Of a stretch of 35,614 nt of DNA, positions 12,663-26,269 are shown piece by piece. The notes beneath the pieces were generated by a model, which did no database searches, was not told the DNA's origin, and worked only from the letters and a program-made list of their open reading frames with translations. Numbering within the stretch: position 1 is the first letter of the stretch; each line of letters opens with the position of its first letter. Source of the DNA: Octopus sinensis (taxonomy: Eukaryota). The position numbers and the translations under genes are program-made. The DNA is taken from the NCBI RefSeq assembly GCF_006345805.1, contig NW_021826236.1, positions 1 through 35,614 on the forward strand. Reading direction: 5' to 3'.

Positions 12663-12663
12663 T

Positions 12664-12823
12664 ACTCTTTTACTCTTTTACTCTTTTACTTGTTTCAGTC
12701 ATTTGACTGCGGCCATGCTGGAGCACCGCCTTTAGTCGAGCAAATCGATACCGGGACTTATTCTTTGTTAAGCCTAGTACTTATTCTATCGGTCTCTTTT
12801 GCCGAACCGCTAAGTGACGGGGA
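12664..12823 (-). mobile_element. SINE B 3' part
   Basis: (CTCTTTTA)n tail and GCGGCCATGCTGGAGCACCGCC. Confidence 0.85.
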
Positions 12824-13559
12824 AAGATACACATTCAAACAGAAATAGTCCGCAATCAAACATAAATCACTTGGAACAGAAATACATAAAACATTATTAC
12901 CTCTTTTTTGTTACTGCTATTGCCGCCATTGTTGTTGTTGCCGTCTTCTTCATCATCATCCCTACTCTAGGAGTACAGCAAAAAAGAAGTGAACTCCAAT
13001 CGAACGGATCATTGATTAAAACCATTCTCACCTATTTTGTTTTTCGAAAATATACTTTCGAACGTGTCTTTCCTTTTTTACTGAGAAGGTAGAGCGTGAT
13101 TTTAGAGTCAATTTTGATGCATATTTATCACAAAACACGATAAAGTGCAGAGGACATCAGCTCATTATCCCTATGAATGTGTCCGTATATGTAAATGACT
13201 GCACACATTAGTGATATGTACTTGTGTGACTGTGTGACTATGTAAGAACGCGTGATAAAACGTTCCTAAATAATATGCAAGAAGAAAAATTACATTCTTC
13301 CGCAGAGTCTTAAAACAGCAATTAATCATTGTTCAGTGGGTTTTAATATTCAGCTGGGAACTGCAAGCTTATTGAAATATTGGCTATTCCTGTCATTGTT
13401 TACCATTTTACTTTATCAAAAAAAAAAAACATCCATGGTGTTCATACCAATTTGCTACATTTCACTTTGTAACAGCGCTTGTATCTTTAAGGGTAGAAAA
13501 ACAAAACAAAGGTAAAACATTATATCTTAACATGCAGAGAACACATACTCACATGCACA

Positions 13560-13674
13560 TACGCAAACAAGCAAACACATATACATATATACATGCGTGT
13601 ATGTATGCATATCGATATGTATGTATATATGTATATATATTTGTATACATATATATATACATATATATATATAT

Positions 13675-13714
<40 letters not shown>

Positions 13715-13716
13715 GC

Positions 13717-13778
<62 letters not shown>

Positions 13779-13787
13779 TATATAAAG

Positions 13788-13841
<54 letters not shown>

Positions 13842-14070
13842 GCATAATACATACATCTATGTACATACCTACATATATATGTATATATATATATATATAC
13901 ATGCATATATGGTACAGGACATAAAAGAAAAAAAAACGTTGAACACAATGATAAATGAAAACATGAAAACAGAAACATCGAAAACGAACTTTTTTTCGAA
14001 CAACGAAAAAAAACCCAGAGAAACGAGACATGCAACATAAGAATATTCCCCTTCATCAGTTGTCCCTGTT

Positions 14071-14111
<41 letters not shown>

Positions 14112-14230
14112 ATATATATATATATAGATATAGTTATATATATATAATATATATATAAATAAATAAATAATAAATAATAAATATATATATACATACATAT
14201 ACATACTTTTGAATAAGTATATGTTTATAT
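13560..14230. repeat. TA-rich microsatellite array with an embedded ~190-bp module (13900-14070)
   Basis: Direct reading; the module start TATGGTACAGGAC recurs at ~24070. Confidence 0.75.
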
Positions 14231-14250
14231 TATATATTATTGTATATATT

Positions 14251-14398
14251 ATGTGGCAAGAAGCTTACTTTCAAACACATGTTCTGGGTTCATTCCCACA
14301 GCGTGGCACCTTAACAGGTGTCTTTTTTTATACCCTCAGGTTGATCAAAGCCTCGCGAGTGGATTTCGATGGCAGAAACTGAAATAAGCCTGTCGTGT
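14251..14398 (+). mobile_element. SINE B 5' part
   Basis: Similarity to 1307-1470. Confidence 0.75.
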
Positions 14399-14430
14399 AT
14401 ATATATATACACGCACACGCACATTTCTTC

Positions 14431-14472
<42 letters not shown>

Positions 14473-14544
14473 TCTCTCTCCCTCCTCTCCCCCCCTCTCT
14501 CTCTCTCTATAAATATATATATATATGTATGTATCTTTTTTATA

Positions 14545-14671
14545 TAAAATTTTGGTATAGAGCCAGAAATTTTAGGTAGAGAGTGTTAGTCGATTACATC
14601 AAATCTGGGCAGCAAAGCACGCACCGGCAGGATTTGAACTCAGAACGTAAAGTGCCGGAACAAATGCCGCC
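14545..14671 (-). mobile_element. Degraded SINE A
   Basis: GGATTTGAACTCAGAACGTAA; AGTCGATTACATC. Confidence 0.6.
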
Positions 14672-14839
14672 TTGTATCCACCCAACCTAAACACACACAC
14701 ACACACACACACACACAAATACACAGAGATATATAAGTAACATTAAAAAGCAAAGGTTTCTAAAAAATATATGCTCTATGCAATGTGTGTTGAGCACTCT
14801 ATTCCTCAATTTCTAACTACAAAAGATCAATAACACTTA

Positions 14840-14951
14840 TCCATGCAGACATACATATATATATTCATCTACGTACACACGAATATAATGTTAAATGCAG
14901 AAGTAGAGGCACGCATAAACACACATAGACTGACATATAATATATATATGA

Positions 14952-14990
<39 letters not shown>

Positions 14991-15603
14991 TATTGTTATA
15001 TGTATGTGAATGCATGTGTATATATGTCATAGGCTTAGTGATCAATCTCCAAGGCATGCAATTTAAAAAGCCATTTTGAAAAACAGTAACGCAATTTTAA
15101 GACCTCTGTCTGTCTGTTTGTCTGTCTTTCTGTCCGTTTGTCCATATGTATGAATGTATGTATATATGTATGTACGTACGATGTATGCATATATAAGTAT
15201 GTATTTATATATGTATTTATATATGTATTGTATATGTATGTATCTATGTATCTATCTATATATATATAAGTATCTCAATATGCATGCGTGGATGTATTTA
15301 TGCATAAATGTATGTATTTATGTGTATGTTTGCATTTATGTATGTATGTATGTGTATGTATGTATGTATGTATGTATGTATGTATGTATGTATATATGTA
15401 TGTAGTATGTATGTATTATCCTGTATATCTATTTATATGTATATCTATTTACGTATATCTATTTATGTATGTATATATGTAGTTGATGTATGTTCTCAAT
15501 ATTACACAAAAATAAAACCAATAGAATAAATATACATGCATACATGCATACATAAATACGTAAATACATACATACAACATACATACATACATACACACAT
15601 ACA

Positions 15604-15634
<31 letters not shown>

Positions 15635-16700
15635 GAAGGACTTTTCTAAAATGTTCGAAATAGCTATATAAATTACATACCTTACGGAATGATCCCTGTG
15701 TATATATATATTTGAGTGCGCATATGTACATAGTGTATATTATATACGTATATATATACGTGTGTATGAACATTTCTATATTGCGTATTTTTCTATGTGT
15801 TTGAGTATGTGTTTCTCTGTGTCACTATTACGGCCATGAAACAGTACAGCTACATTGGGCAATTTAGATAATAATGATTTATTCGCTTGCTTTCTGCTTA
15901 CTGTCTCATTGGCTCCTGCTGTCATTTAGGTACCCGTCTAACAAGACGTATTCGTACTTGTGTGTGCGTGTGCCAGTTTGTTTGTTTGTGTATACACACA
16001 TACACACATATACATATATATATGTAAATACATACATACATACATACATATACATACAGACACGTATTTATATATGCATATATATGTATATATTCATGTA
16101 TATTAGTATGTATATTATGTGTATACGTATATATATATATATATATATATATGTGTAAATACATACATACGGACATGTATTTATATATGCATATATATCT
16201 ACATATTGATGTATATTAGTATGTATATTATGTGTATACGTATATATATGTAAATACATACATACTGACATGTATTTATATATGCATATATATCTACATA
16301 TTGATGTATATTAGTATGTATGTTATGTGTATACGTGTGCGTGTGTGTATATATAAGTATGTATGTATGTATGTATGTATGTATGTATGTATGTATGTAT
16401 GTATGTATGTATGTATGTATGTATGTATGTATGTATATATGCATATAATGCGAAGAGATTACAGTTTTGCTTTTAAACACGTAAACATTAAAAAGAGAAA
16501 CAGAAATGTACTCAATTCTAATTTTCATTTTATTAAGTTTATTTCTCATTTTCTTATCAGACCTCTACCATTTGTCTGCTCCGTTACAGTGTCTACGTAC
16601 ATCGACCTTTCTATGAATATATATGTCTGTGAACGTGTGTGTATGTGAATATGTGTAGCAAGTATGCAGATCTATATGTGTTTGCGTATATATATATATA
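14840..16700. repeat. (TATG)n/(TA)n low-complexity region with three ~100-bp tandem units (16016-16335)
   Basis: Unit ...GTATTTATATATGCATATATAT...GATGTATATTAGTATGTATATTATGTGTATACG seen three times. Confidence 0.85.
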
Positions 16701-16703
16701 TAT

Positions 16704-16921
16704 TTCTTTACTACCCACAAGGGGCTACACACAGAGGGGACAAATGAGGACAGACAAACGGATTACGTCGACCCCAGTGCGTAACTGGTACTTAATTTAT
16801 CACCGAAAAAAAAGATGAAAAGGCAAAGTCGACCTCGGCGGAATTTGAACTCAGAAACGTAACGGCAGACGAAATACAGCTACGCATTTCCCCCAACGTG
16901 CTAACGTTTCTGCCAGCTCGC
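16704..16921 (-). mobile_element. SINE family A
   Basis: Similarity to 1014-1245. Confidence 0.9.
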
Positions 16922-16938
16922 GTATATATATATATATG

Positions 16939-16970
<32 letters not shown>

Positions 16971-17273
16971 TGTATGTATGTATGTATGTATGTATGTATG
17001 TATGTATGTATGTATGTATATATATGTATGTTGTATGTATGTATGTATGTTATATATAGTTAATCCAAACATGAAAGCACAAAAACCCCCACAACAACGC
17101 GAGGACGTGGAACAATTATAGTATTATTGGACGCTCAGGAAAGAAGGAAAGAAGGAGGGTTTAACGTCGGAAACATAGGAGAAGGAAAGATCAAGAGAAG
17201 GGAAGACAGGAAAAAAAATCGCCAGCGGTACACACGCGGTCACTTTTTGAATGTATATATATATATATATATC

Positions 17274-17312
<39 letters not shown>

Positions 17313-17332
17313 TGTATGTATGTATGTATGTA

Positions 17333-17381
<49 letters not shown>

Positions 17382-17648
17382 TATATATATATATATAGAT
17401 ATATAAAATGGAAAATGTATTATAAATAACAAACGACAGGTAATAAAGATCGTATTACGTACACTGGGTGTACAACCGGACGAGAGACATACACAGAAGG
17501 TACCAAATTCTTCATCAGTTATCAACCAGATGGACAAAGACGAATAAATAAGAACCGAGCAAAATATAGCCTCAGGGCCAAAAGATAAGGCATCCATCCA
17601 TCAATCCATCCATCCATCCATACACATCTATTATTGTATATATATATG

Positions 17649-17683
<35 letters not shown>

Positions 17684-17771
17684 GTATATGTGTATGTCTC
17701 TCGTCCGTTGTACACCCAGTGTACGTAATACGATCTTTATTACCTGTCGTGTTTTTTTTCCATTTTCCATT

Positions 17772-17804
<33 letters not shown>

Positions 17805-17837
17805 TATATATATAATACTACAATACATACATACATA

Positions 17838-17931
17838 TAAACACTCACATCGCCCGGTCTGGGGAAAACGAAACCGCGATCCTACGACGGGGAGTCTGCT
17901 GCCCTAACCACTGGGCCATTGCGCCTCCACT
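17838..17931 (-). mobile_element. SINE family C head, inverted duplicate of 18177-18267
   Basis: Near-exact reverse complement. Confidence 0.85.
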
Positions 17932-18117
17932 ATATATATATACATATATATATTATATATATATACTATAATATATATACATATATATATGTAATATATA
18001 TATATATATATAATATTATATATATATATATATTATATATATATATTATATATCATATATATATATATATATAATATTATATATATAATATATATATATA
18101 TATTATTATATATATAT

Positions 18118-18168
<51 letters not shown>

Positions 18169-18176
18169 ATATATAT

Positions 18177-18408
18177 AGTGGAGGCGCAATGGCCCAGTGG
18201 TTAGGGCAGCAGACTCCCCGTCGTAGGATCGCGGTTCGTTTCCCAGACCGGGCGATGTGAGTGTTTATTGAGCGAAAATACCTAAAGCTCCACGACGCTC
18301 CGGCAGTGGGTGGTGGCGGTCCCTGCTGTACTCTTTCGCCACAACTTTCTCTCACTCTTTCTTCTGTTGGCCTGCTCGCTTAGCCAGCTGGCGTCATTTG
18401 AAGACTAA
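18177..18408 (+). mobile_element. tRNA-derived SINE family C (tRNA-Arg-like head)
   Basis: A-box TGGCCCAGTGGTTAGG and B-box-like GGTTCGTTTCCC; a second copy at 30325. Confidence 0.85.
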
Positions 18409-18497
18409 AATGTATGCATGCATGTGTCTGTCTGTCTGTCTGTCTGCCTGTCTAACTGATGAGATGCTTCTGCACCGTGGGATGCACCGAAATTCAT

Positions 18498-18694
18498 CGT
18501 GTTGGTGGTTGAAAAGTTCCTGGTTTTGGGCAAAAGAAAATACAGGAAGATCAGTTAATTATCCATCTCAGATTCACATACTCGCTGCGGCGGTCTCCAG
18601 TCTTTCTAAGTCGTGTAAAAAACTCTACAGGTTGGGCCTCTGACCAGATTTTACGAGACCCTTAAAGCCAGGAACGTTTGAGCACCCCCTCGTG
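18498..18694. mobile_element. Mariner-type MITE
   Basis: Imperfect TIRs (GGTGGTTGAAAAGTTCCTGG / CCAGGAACGTTTGAGCACCCCCTCG) resembling the TIR at 7260-7282; paralogue at 32096-32708. Confidence 0.7.
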
Positions 18695-18773
<79 letters not shown>

Positions 18774-19417
18774 ATATATATATATATTATATATTATATA
18801 TATATATTATATATATATATACATACTAATATATATATAATGAAATATATATATATAATGAAAAACCAAAGGGATATATATATATAAACTTTAGGGGTGA
18901 AATTTAGAATTGAAGTATAAAGGTGATAGTAAAATATAACTTAGCAAATTTATAATATTAAAGCGAGAAAATTGAAATCAATATATAGAAGAAAGATAGA
19001 AATTAAATTTAAAACCCAATAATGGGATACTTTGATGTATAATAAAAACTATTAAGACTTTTGTTAAACAACGTGTATGGAAGATCATGATTAAAAACAT
19101 TCTATAATCAATGTATAACGGAATTAAATAATCATATGAATAGAAATTCATAGTATATTTTAAACTAATATAAGAACTATTCTCTTCATTACGGGTGGAT
19201 AGATATAAGATATCGTAAAAAATGATAATTGAATTAGAGGTATGCTAAATGTATAAGGGAGTACATTCGGATACAATACTGAAACCAATTTGGGCATGTA
19301 AACACTTAATGAATATATTGTATGATTGAAAAATGTAATGAAATAAGAATTTTCATATCCAGTAAATTATATAAAAAGACCTTATAAATTGTCAAAAAAA
19401 ATGATTTATAATAATTT

Positions 19418-19552
19418 TGCGGTTCGGCAGAAGCGAACGATAGAATAAGTATCAAACTTTAAAAAAAAAAGTTGATTTGTTCGACTAAACACTTCAAGGC
19501 GATGCTCCAGAATGGTTAGCGTCCAGTTACTGAAATGAGAAAAAAATAAAAT
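19418..19552 (+). mobile_element. SINE B 3' part
   Basis: GCGGTTCGGCA...GATAGAATAAGTA...GCGATGCTCCAG. Confidence 0.75.
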
Positions 19553-19679
19553 GATAGATGATTCATACAATTTATAGATGCAAATATGCATATACAAATA
19601 TATACAGTGAAACAATCATGTACACGTATTTAAGTAGATATAAATGTACATGTAGGTAAATTAGTCTAACTTCTTTCCG

Positions 19680-19835
19680 CTTCTCATGGATCATTGAGCG
19701 ACGAGTGATCTCTATCCAGAACGGTTGCAAGCTCTGACGTGATCCTGCTCCAAGGCCAGGTCTGCATCCACCATGTTCTCATCTACAGTCCTAAACCAGG
19801 GCTTCACATATCTACCTCGCCTTTTATAACCTCTC
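19680..19835 (-). mobile_element. RTE-type LINE C-terminal remnant
   Basis: Degenerate KRRGRYVKPWFRTVDENMVDADLALEQDHVRACNRSG*RSLV, similar to the RTE RGRP...W....D....A.DR..WR motif. Confidence 0.6.
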
Positions 19836-20402
19836 TCTGCTTTTCTGCTTGCTAGATGTTCTCACTACGTGCGTGTATACAAATCAATAAAAGAAAGTAT
19901 CTTGGTTTTTCATGCATGTTTTTAAAACATATGAATATGCCGAAAATATTTCATAGTATTGGTTTTTGAACAAGACAGCCATTTTTGTCAGGCGTTTCAC
20001 CCGCCATTCTCTTAAATCAACATGCGATTCTACTTAAAACTGTGACAGTATTTATCATATGTTACAGTATAATCTGATCCACATAGGAATTATCGGATGA
20101 TTAGAATGCCAGGCTGCATTTTTGTTTAAACAATTTCTTGGCTTAAAATGGCAGCAAAAGGGAAAATTTATGATTTCATGTTTAATGCGTCCATTTTCCG
20201 CTTTTACAACTCTCTCTCATTCATAATCTCAAACTTTATGCCTTCGAATTAACCCTAGCATTTTTGACCTCTCTTATAAATGACATTAATTGTCATTAAA
20301 AAAAAATGAAAAATTAAGATAACTTGAAAATAAAGATTAACGAAATAGATGGAAAGGGGTAGAGAGAGAAGTGTAAAGAATACAGAAATACATGTTTTTA
20401 CA

Positions 20403-20693
20403 TGAGCGAAGGCATGGTTGTGTGGTTAGAACGTTTACTTTCGCAATCATGAGTTACGTGGTTCAATCATACTTATTTCTTTATTGCCCACAAGGGGCTA
20501 AACATAGAGGGGACAAACAAGGGCAGACAAAGGGATTAAGTCGATTACATCTACCCCAGTACATAATTTATCGACCCCGAAAGGATGAAAGGCAAAGTCG
20601 ACCTCGGCGGAATTTGAACTCAGAACGTAGTAGTAGACGAAATACCGCTAAGCATTTCGCCCGGCGTGCTAACGTTTCTGCTAGCTCACCGCC
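20403..20693. mobile_element. SINE B head (+, 20403-20471) abutting a full SINE A (-, 20472-20693)
   Basis: Similarity to other copies. Confidence 0.85.
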
Positions 20694-21076
20694 TTTTGGT
20701 TCGATCATACTGTGCATGAAAAAATGTCACACCTTGGGCATTTGTCCGCTTCGTACAGACCAATACCTTCTGAATTAGATAGAGAGGAAATGTGGAGAAA
20801 CTATATATATATATATATATATGCACTCAAGGAGGTACCTAAAAGTAACCTGAAACGTTCTCTGTAGGATAAGCCCGTTGTAGTTCAGCTTTCGCCGCCA
20901 GAAGCCGCTTGATGCGACCCTCAGGCATCCGTATGCTGACCGGCGTCTTCGGGTGGGGGCCATACTGTCACGCAGTGTATCTTTGTTTTGCAGTGCTTCT
21001 CCCCTATTCGTCGATATTTACAATGGCTGAAACGTAGGAACAGTCGATGAAATCGACTATCCCTCACCCTCAAATT

Positions 21077-21712
<636 letters not shown>

Positions 21713-22022
21713 GAATTGAAGATTAAACTACTTTCTTTATGTTTAAAAGGATTTTTTTTATTTAAAAGGATAAAAGGACATTTTCATACAGATTGTTTGT
21801 TGTCTGCTCTTCCATTACATCACGTGATAACTCCCACTTCGATCAGTTTTAAAACTGTTACTGTAATTCTCTTGAATTTTATTCTCTGACGCCCTCTCAT
21901 TATGTTGTTTGTTGTTGTACTTTAGCGCTGGCTTATAAGAAAATCATATAAAAAATTCTGTTTTGAAAACAAATTATAATACTTGTATGTGTGCGGGGTG
22001 GCGGTAGTGGTGCGTGCGTGCG

Positions 22023-22065
<43 letters not shown>

Positions 22066-22680
22066 TAGAAAGAGAAAGAGAGATTGATAGAGAAAGTATG
22101 TTTGCGCGATCCTGCATCATTTAAAATCAACTTATAGAGTGTTTTGCTTTCAATTCTTTTTCGTTTATTTTCCTTTTGGAACTGAAACAATTAAAATTAA
22201 AGGAATATATTTTTCTCGCAAAATGTCCAATAAAAAATTGCTGTTTCATTTACATAAAAAAACAAACAAAAACAACAACAAGAAACAAACAAAAAACCTA
22301 TTACTCCAGTTAATACAAAACCCTCACTACAACTCAATATAGTTGTATTTCTTTCAATTATCCTCACTTACATTTAATGCCACCGACTACCTCTTACTCC
22401 ATTTCCATTTGCTATTTTAGTCTCTATATATCCGCGTGACTCCACATTAAAAATTCTCTCTTTCTTTTTACCTCTCTCCCTCACACATACACGCTCACAT
22501 ACATACATACAAGTATCAGACTCGCATGCATTTCGTAAAATACATTATGATTCCATTGAACACGAGTGATTTTTACGTGCGGGCTAAATAAAAGAATAAA
22601 ATGGATTTAACTATTTTGAGCTGTAAAATGTCTATATGATAAAAGTATAACGGAATTGATCAATCCGGAACATAGCACAT

Positions 22681-22800
22681 ACTCTTTTACTCTTTTACTT
22701 GTTTCAGTCATTTGACTGCGGCCATGCTGGAGCACCGCCTTTAGTCGAGCAAATCGACTCCAGGACTTATTCTTTGTAAGCCTAGTACTTATTCTATCGG
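22681..22800 (-). mobile_element. SINE B 3' part
   Basis: Near-identical to 12664-12800. Confidence 0.85.
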
Positions 22801-23272
22801 CTTTTTTCCACATCGTCGTGGCCTTCAATATAGCCCTGTTTTTTCTTGTGCATGTGCGTATATAGACGTGTGTATGAACCTTTTTTGTACGCGCGTATGT
22901 GTGTATGTGTGTACGAGCGTGTATGCGGGTATGTATATATTTTTTAGCGAATGTGTGGGTGAGCATGTATGTGTTTCAAGTGAGGGTGGATGAGTATATA
23001 CTTATAGGCGCATGTACGTAGGTGTGCGGGCGCGTATGTGTAGGTATGGACATGCGCGCTTACGCGAATACTATGAACATTTTCACTCCCTTACCTAGTC
23101 CCTCCTCTCACTTAGCGGTCATTCTGATAGCTCTTTGGTCTTAATAACGGTCAATCACGCAGTAATTTCCTTGTGTTTAACGGTCATTTTCATAGCATTT
23201 TTTTCGATGGCCGGATAACTGAAGAGATGGCGGCGTGGGTTTCCGCCCCGACATCCGAGACTCGGAGTATTA

Positions 23273-23779
23273 TGATGGCGTGGCTATGTGGTAAGAAGCT
23301 TTCTTCCTAGCCACAAGATTCCGGGATCAGTCCTATTGTGAGGCACCTTGGGCAAGTCTCTTCTACTATAGCTTCGGACCGACCAAAGACATGAGAGTGG
23401 ATTTGGTAGACGGAAACTGAAACAAACCCGTCGTAGATATATTTGTCTGTGTTTGTCGTCCTACCAACGCTTGACAACCGATGTTGGTGTGTTTACACAA
23501 GGCTGTGTTACGGTATGGCTACAGTCAAATGACTGAAACAAATAAAAGAATATATATACATATTTAAGGCTGCGATCTGACAGAAACGTTAGCACGCCGG
23601 GCGAAATGCATAGTAGTATTTCGTCTGTCATTACGTTCTGAGTTCAAATTCCACCGAGGTCGGCTTTGCTTTTCATCCTTTCGGGGTCGACATATTAAGT
23701 ACCAGTTGTATATTTGGGGCGATATAATCAAACTGGCTTCCCCCCACAAAATTTCGGGCCTTGCGCCTAGAGTAGAAAA

Positions 23780-23813
<34 letters not shown>

Positions 23814-23975
23814 TTTTTTTTATTTGTTTCAGTCATTTGACAGCGGCTACGGTGGAGCATCACCTTTAGTCGAACAAATCAAAATCCGGTTGTTATTGCT
23901 GAACCGCTAAGTTACTGTGACGTAAACACATCAACATCGGTTGTCAAGCGATGGTGAGGGATCAAACAGACACAC
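23273..23975. mobile_element. SINE cluster: B (+, 23273-23552), A (+, 23567-23780), B (-, 23812-23975)
   Basis: Similarity to other copies. Confidence 0.85.
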
Positions 23976-24265
23976 GAACATATATATATATATGCTTACT
24001 TGGAAATGGATGCGGGGCGTTCAATTAAGTAATACTATAAATAATATATATATATATATATATATGCATATATGGGTACAGGACGTCACGAACTCTGTAA
24101 ACAACATGGAGTACGAAAACAAACGAGTTAAATACGCATTTGGTAAGCTATAAATATATATATAATTTATTATATATATATGAATTAAATATATGTATAT
24201 ATATATAATTTATGCATTATTAAATCTCAGAACGAGATGTAAACAGTAATCCCTCGACAATCTCA

Positions 24266-24636
24266 ATCTCAATATGCCGAACCACAAAGGGAGAGGGAGT
24301 GTTACTGTAGCTTTTTAGCCCCAGGAGATCATCGTCTCCAGCTGGCTTAATAATGCTTACAGTCAGTTTTTCGAAATCAGTAGCAGACGTCACTAGAAAA
24401 ACTCTTATATATTTGCAAACAGGCCTTGTCTTTCATTGTGATCTGGTGATTACTGCCCGTTGATAAGAGACCGGTCCGGTGCGTATCACTCAGGCTTACG
24501 AGAAAGGGATGGCCTCCCTTTGCAAATACCTAAAGGGCACAGAAAGTGTGTCTAAAGCCAGCTGGAGACGATGATCTCCTGGGGCTAAAAAGCTACTGTA
24601 ACACCCCTCCCCCTTTGTGGTTAGCCATATTGAGAT
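24266..24636. repeat. Fold-back element with ~83-bp inverted arms (24266-24348, 24555-24636)
   Basis: Arms differ at only a few positions; the inner ~45 bp are a perfect match. Confidence 0.9.
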
Positions 24637-25689
24637 GGCTTTTATACTTTACATTATACAATTTATATTATTATTTAATTGAACGCCACGCATTCATTTC
24701 GAAGTAAGTTTATCTTAACCTTTTTGATGCGACTTTACTCTATACTGTTTTCTCCCCATCCTTCTCTAATTCCCTTTTCACCCATTCACCGTTTTCTATC
24801 TGTCTTCTCTCCCCTATCTTTCCATTCCCCTCTCGTTGCTCACACGTGACCATCGTCCATCTTTCTTTTCCTCACGTGACCACCTTTCTTTTCCTGCACG
24901 ACGTCCTAAGGACTGGAGTCTTTTATCTCTCTCTTTTATCTTCTATCACACACACACACACAGACTCCAAAATATTTGAACGAAAGTGGGAAATTCTACG
25001 AAGTAGATCGACACGATAAAAGTAACAACCAACTCCATCTCAAATCACGTGTTATTATCTTGAAGAAATCATTGGGTAATGCATTCCTAACTTAAAGAGA
25101 AGATGTGATAATGGAGGCGAAACCCTCTTTCATGACAGATTTGATGGATCGGTGCTGTCTTAGGACTAAATAATAGCGTAACCAACGACAACTATTCCTT
25201 TCTCTCACATTCATTTATTATAACAGAAAGCGAGCGAGAGAGAGAGTGGGGGGGAGAGATAAAGGGAGATAATTATGATGATCCTAGCAGTTAAAGAGTT
25301 AATGAAAGCGTGAGTAAAACAGAGGTGGAGAGTCTTAATAAGATGCATCAATTTTTCAACTAAATCACTTTATGTTGTCCTGTTGTTACTTCTAAGCGAG
25401 TTTCACCATAAAATAAATCAATAAAACGTCAGTTTTTGGCAAATTTCCGTGATTATTCAGCAGAACTCGGAGATGTCTCAGTTGACTGTTTGATATCAAA
25501 TATCTCTATTCTCCCTTTATTATTCACTTTGTTTCTAAAAGTGGTGACAGCTATTCATACACCTACCCAGTTTCTTTGGTTACAAAGACGACGGTGGCTT
25601 ACAATTGAGGTTTGTTTTTGTTTTAGTTTGGAACACACCCACCCACGCACGCGCACACCCACGCAAGCGGCACTTGGACATACATTATA

Positions 25690-25814
25690 AACAAGCGGAA
25701 AATGGATGCAATACTGAAATGAGACATTGCTACAGTATATGTGACCAGCCCTGCAAACGCCTTTCGGGACTGAACAATCATTTTAAATCTCATGCTTGGA
25801 GAGAGCAATTATAG
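25690..25814 (+). mobile_element. LINE (RTE-like) C-terminal C2H2 remnant
   Basis: CYSICDQPCKRLSGLNNHFKSH = C-x3-C-x12-H-x3-H with the C.....GL..H pattern of RTE C-termini. Confidence 0.5.
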
Positions 25815-25855
25815 GTAGAAGATCTCAAGCTCTTTAAGTAGCAGATAGCCACCAT

Positions 25856-26218
25856 TTATGTATGTATGTATGTATGTATGTATGTATGTATGTATGTATG
25901 TATGTATGTATGGATGTATGTATGTATGTTGTATGTATGTATGCATGTATGTATGTATGTATGTATGAATGTATGTATGTATGTATGTATGTATGTATGT
26001 ATGCATGTATGTATGCATGTATGCATGCATGTATGTATGTATGTATGTATGTATGTATGTATGTATGTATGTATGTATGCATGCATGCATGCATGCATGC
26101 ATGCATGTATGTATGTATGTATGCATGCATGCATGTATGTATGGATGTATGTATGTATGGATGGATGGATGGATGGATGTATGTATGCAGGTATGTGTGT
26201 ATGTACGTATGTATGCAT
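25856..26218. repeat. (TATG)n/(CATG)n/(GATG)n microsatellite
   Basis: Direct reading. Confidence 0.95.
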
Positions 26219-26269
26219 TTTTTCTATGAGATTTATTTATGTTTTTCGCAGAATCCAAACCGGTCACTG

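Noticed and set aside
18178-18250. tRNA-like sequences
   Set aside because: These are SINE heads without a complete cloverleaf, continuing into SINE bodies.
18450-18505. CTGATGAGATGC...GCACCGAAATTC
   Set aside because: Stem II is mismatched, and stems I and III cannot be built; overlaps the MITE end.
18895-19410. AT-rich stretch resembling decayed coding sequence
   Set aside because: Many stops and no recognisable motif.
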